From positions 768,001 to 832,000 of the forward strand of contig CAVUZH010000013.1 in NCBI GenBank assembly GCA_963745835.1: a stretch of 64,000 nt of DNA, read 5' to 3'. Under the pieces are notes generated by a model, which saw nothing but the letters and a program-made list of their open reading frames with translations, did no database searches and was not told the origin of the DNA. Origin of the DNA: an uncultured delta proteobacterium. Lineage in GTDB: Bacteria > Desulfobacterota > Binatia > UBA9968. Shown here piece by piece: positions 63,258-64,000 of the stretch; position 1 is the first letter of the stretch, and every line of letters begins with the position of its first letter. The translations under genes were made by a program, and so were the position numbers.

Positions 63258-63284
63258 AATTAACTCCAATCAAGTCTTTAAAAC

Positions 63285-63398
63285 TTAACCTTGCCTCTGC
63301 TTGTGCTTGCTATTCTCACATAGAACGCGGACAACGCCCTTGCGTCGAATAACTTTACACTTGTTACAAATCTTCTTAACCGAAGCTCTGACCTTCAC
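63285..63398 (-). CDS. rpmJ: 50S ribosomal protein L36 (not in the ORF track, 37 aa)
   Basis: GTG start; [37 protein letters not shown]; between infA and rpsM. Confidence 0.97.
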   Translation of the reverse strand: MKVRASVKKICNKCKVIRRKGVVRVLCENSKHKQRQG

Positions 63399-63411
63399 GA
63401 TAGCTCCTGTT

Positions 63412-63630
63412 CTAACGCTCGCGATAGATGATTCTTCCACGCGCCAAATCATAGGGCGACAATTCGATCTTCACTTTGTCACCAGGAAGAATCTTGATGT
63501 AATGCATTCGCATCTTGCCGGATATGTGGGCCAAAACCCTATGCCCGTTTTCCAACTGTACCCGAAACATGGCATTGGGTAAGGTTTCCAAGACCGTTCC
63601 CATCACTTCGATGGCATCTTCTTTTGGCAT
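63412..63630 (-). CDS. infA: Translation initiation factor IF-1
   Basis: [21 protein letters not shown]. Confidence 0.98.
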   Translation of the reverse strand: MPKEDAIEVMGTVLETLPNAMFRVQLENGHRVLAHISGKMRMHYIKILPGDKVKIELSPYDLARGRIIYRER

Positions 63631-63661
63631 AAATGATCGACTACCTGCTAATCACCTCAGA

Positions 63662-64000
63662 CTATAGCTGGCTGAGAATATAAGGACCGTCTTTGGTGAC
63701 GGCAACTGAATGTTCAAAATGGGCCGCCAAGCTACCGTCTTTGGTTACCGCAGTCCAGCCGTCGGCTTTAATTTCCACCTCAGGGCCGCCAATGTTTACC
63801 ATCGGCTCTATGGCCAATACCATTCCTTCTTTAAACCTCAGTCCGCGGTCAGGTTCACCATAATTTGGCACAGGCGGCTCTTCATGCAGTCGTTTTCCGA
63901 TGCCGTGCCCAACGAAGGCTCGAACCACTGAATAACCGGCTTCCTCGGCAGTCATTTGGACGGCAGCACCGAGATCGCCCAGTCTCTTGCCTTCATACAA
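63662..64000 (-). CDS. map: Methionine aminopeptidase type I (3' part; runs off the window)
   Basis: GHGIG..LHEEP, AIEPM, DGWT, AHFEH. Confidence 0.95.
   Translation of the reverse strand: MYEGKRLGDLGAAVQMTAEEAGYSVVRAFVGHGIGKRLHEEPPVPNYGEPDRGLRFKEGMVLAIEPMVNIGGPEVEIKADGWTAVTKDGSLAAHFEHSVAVTKDGPYILSQL

Overview
Bacterial chromosomal window with moderately high GC. The gene content resembles Deltaproteobacteria-like lineages such as Candidatus Binatia (tandem Bug/TctC binding proteins, Cys-less maleate-isomerase-like protein, EutA-like protein); this assignment is inference only. Bases 1-6300 are a decaying accessory region. It contains a Ros/MucR-like zinc-finger protein with four tandem FGxWxxALxAAG repeats, broken by a TAG and by a complete IS4-family element (perfect 18-bp TIRs, 9-bp TSD). 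Frameshifted remnants of a secreted repeat-domain protein, an SGNH hydrolase and an S1/P1 nuclease follow. The rest is mostly intact core and metabolic genes: ArsR-methyltransferase regulator + metH; comF, gpmI, rsfS, nadD, proA, proB, obgE, rpmA, rplU; MarR + ABC permease; two lemA loci; acetate-CoA ligase, macrodomain, amidohydrolase, RidA, VOC and hydroxyacid oxidase genes; two TctC-like proteins, a ferredoxin, a sulfatase-like protein, two SDRs, mscL; a divergent tryptophanase-like gene with a decayed acyl-CoA ligase partner; a CutA-NUDIX fusion; hisI, hisG; DUF4175-TPR peptidase-MoxR; and map-infA-rpmJ-rpsM-rpsK-rpsD-rpoA-rplQ. No rRNA, tRNA or CRISPR array was seen. The best candidates for undescribed biology are: (i) a tightly coupled four-gene unit (small membrane peptide, TPR protein, insertion-bearing 2[4Fe-4S] protein, biotin-domain-less carboxyltransferase) beside an orphan His-tailed EutA-like protein; (ii) the reconstructable zinc-finger + tandem-repeat putative DNA-binding protein; (iii) a lemA-htpX-zinc-ribbon operon in which htpX continues in frame right after the lemA TAG; (iv) the divergent PLP lyase + acyl-CoA ligase pair. 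All family calls come from reading motifs; no database searches were run.
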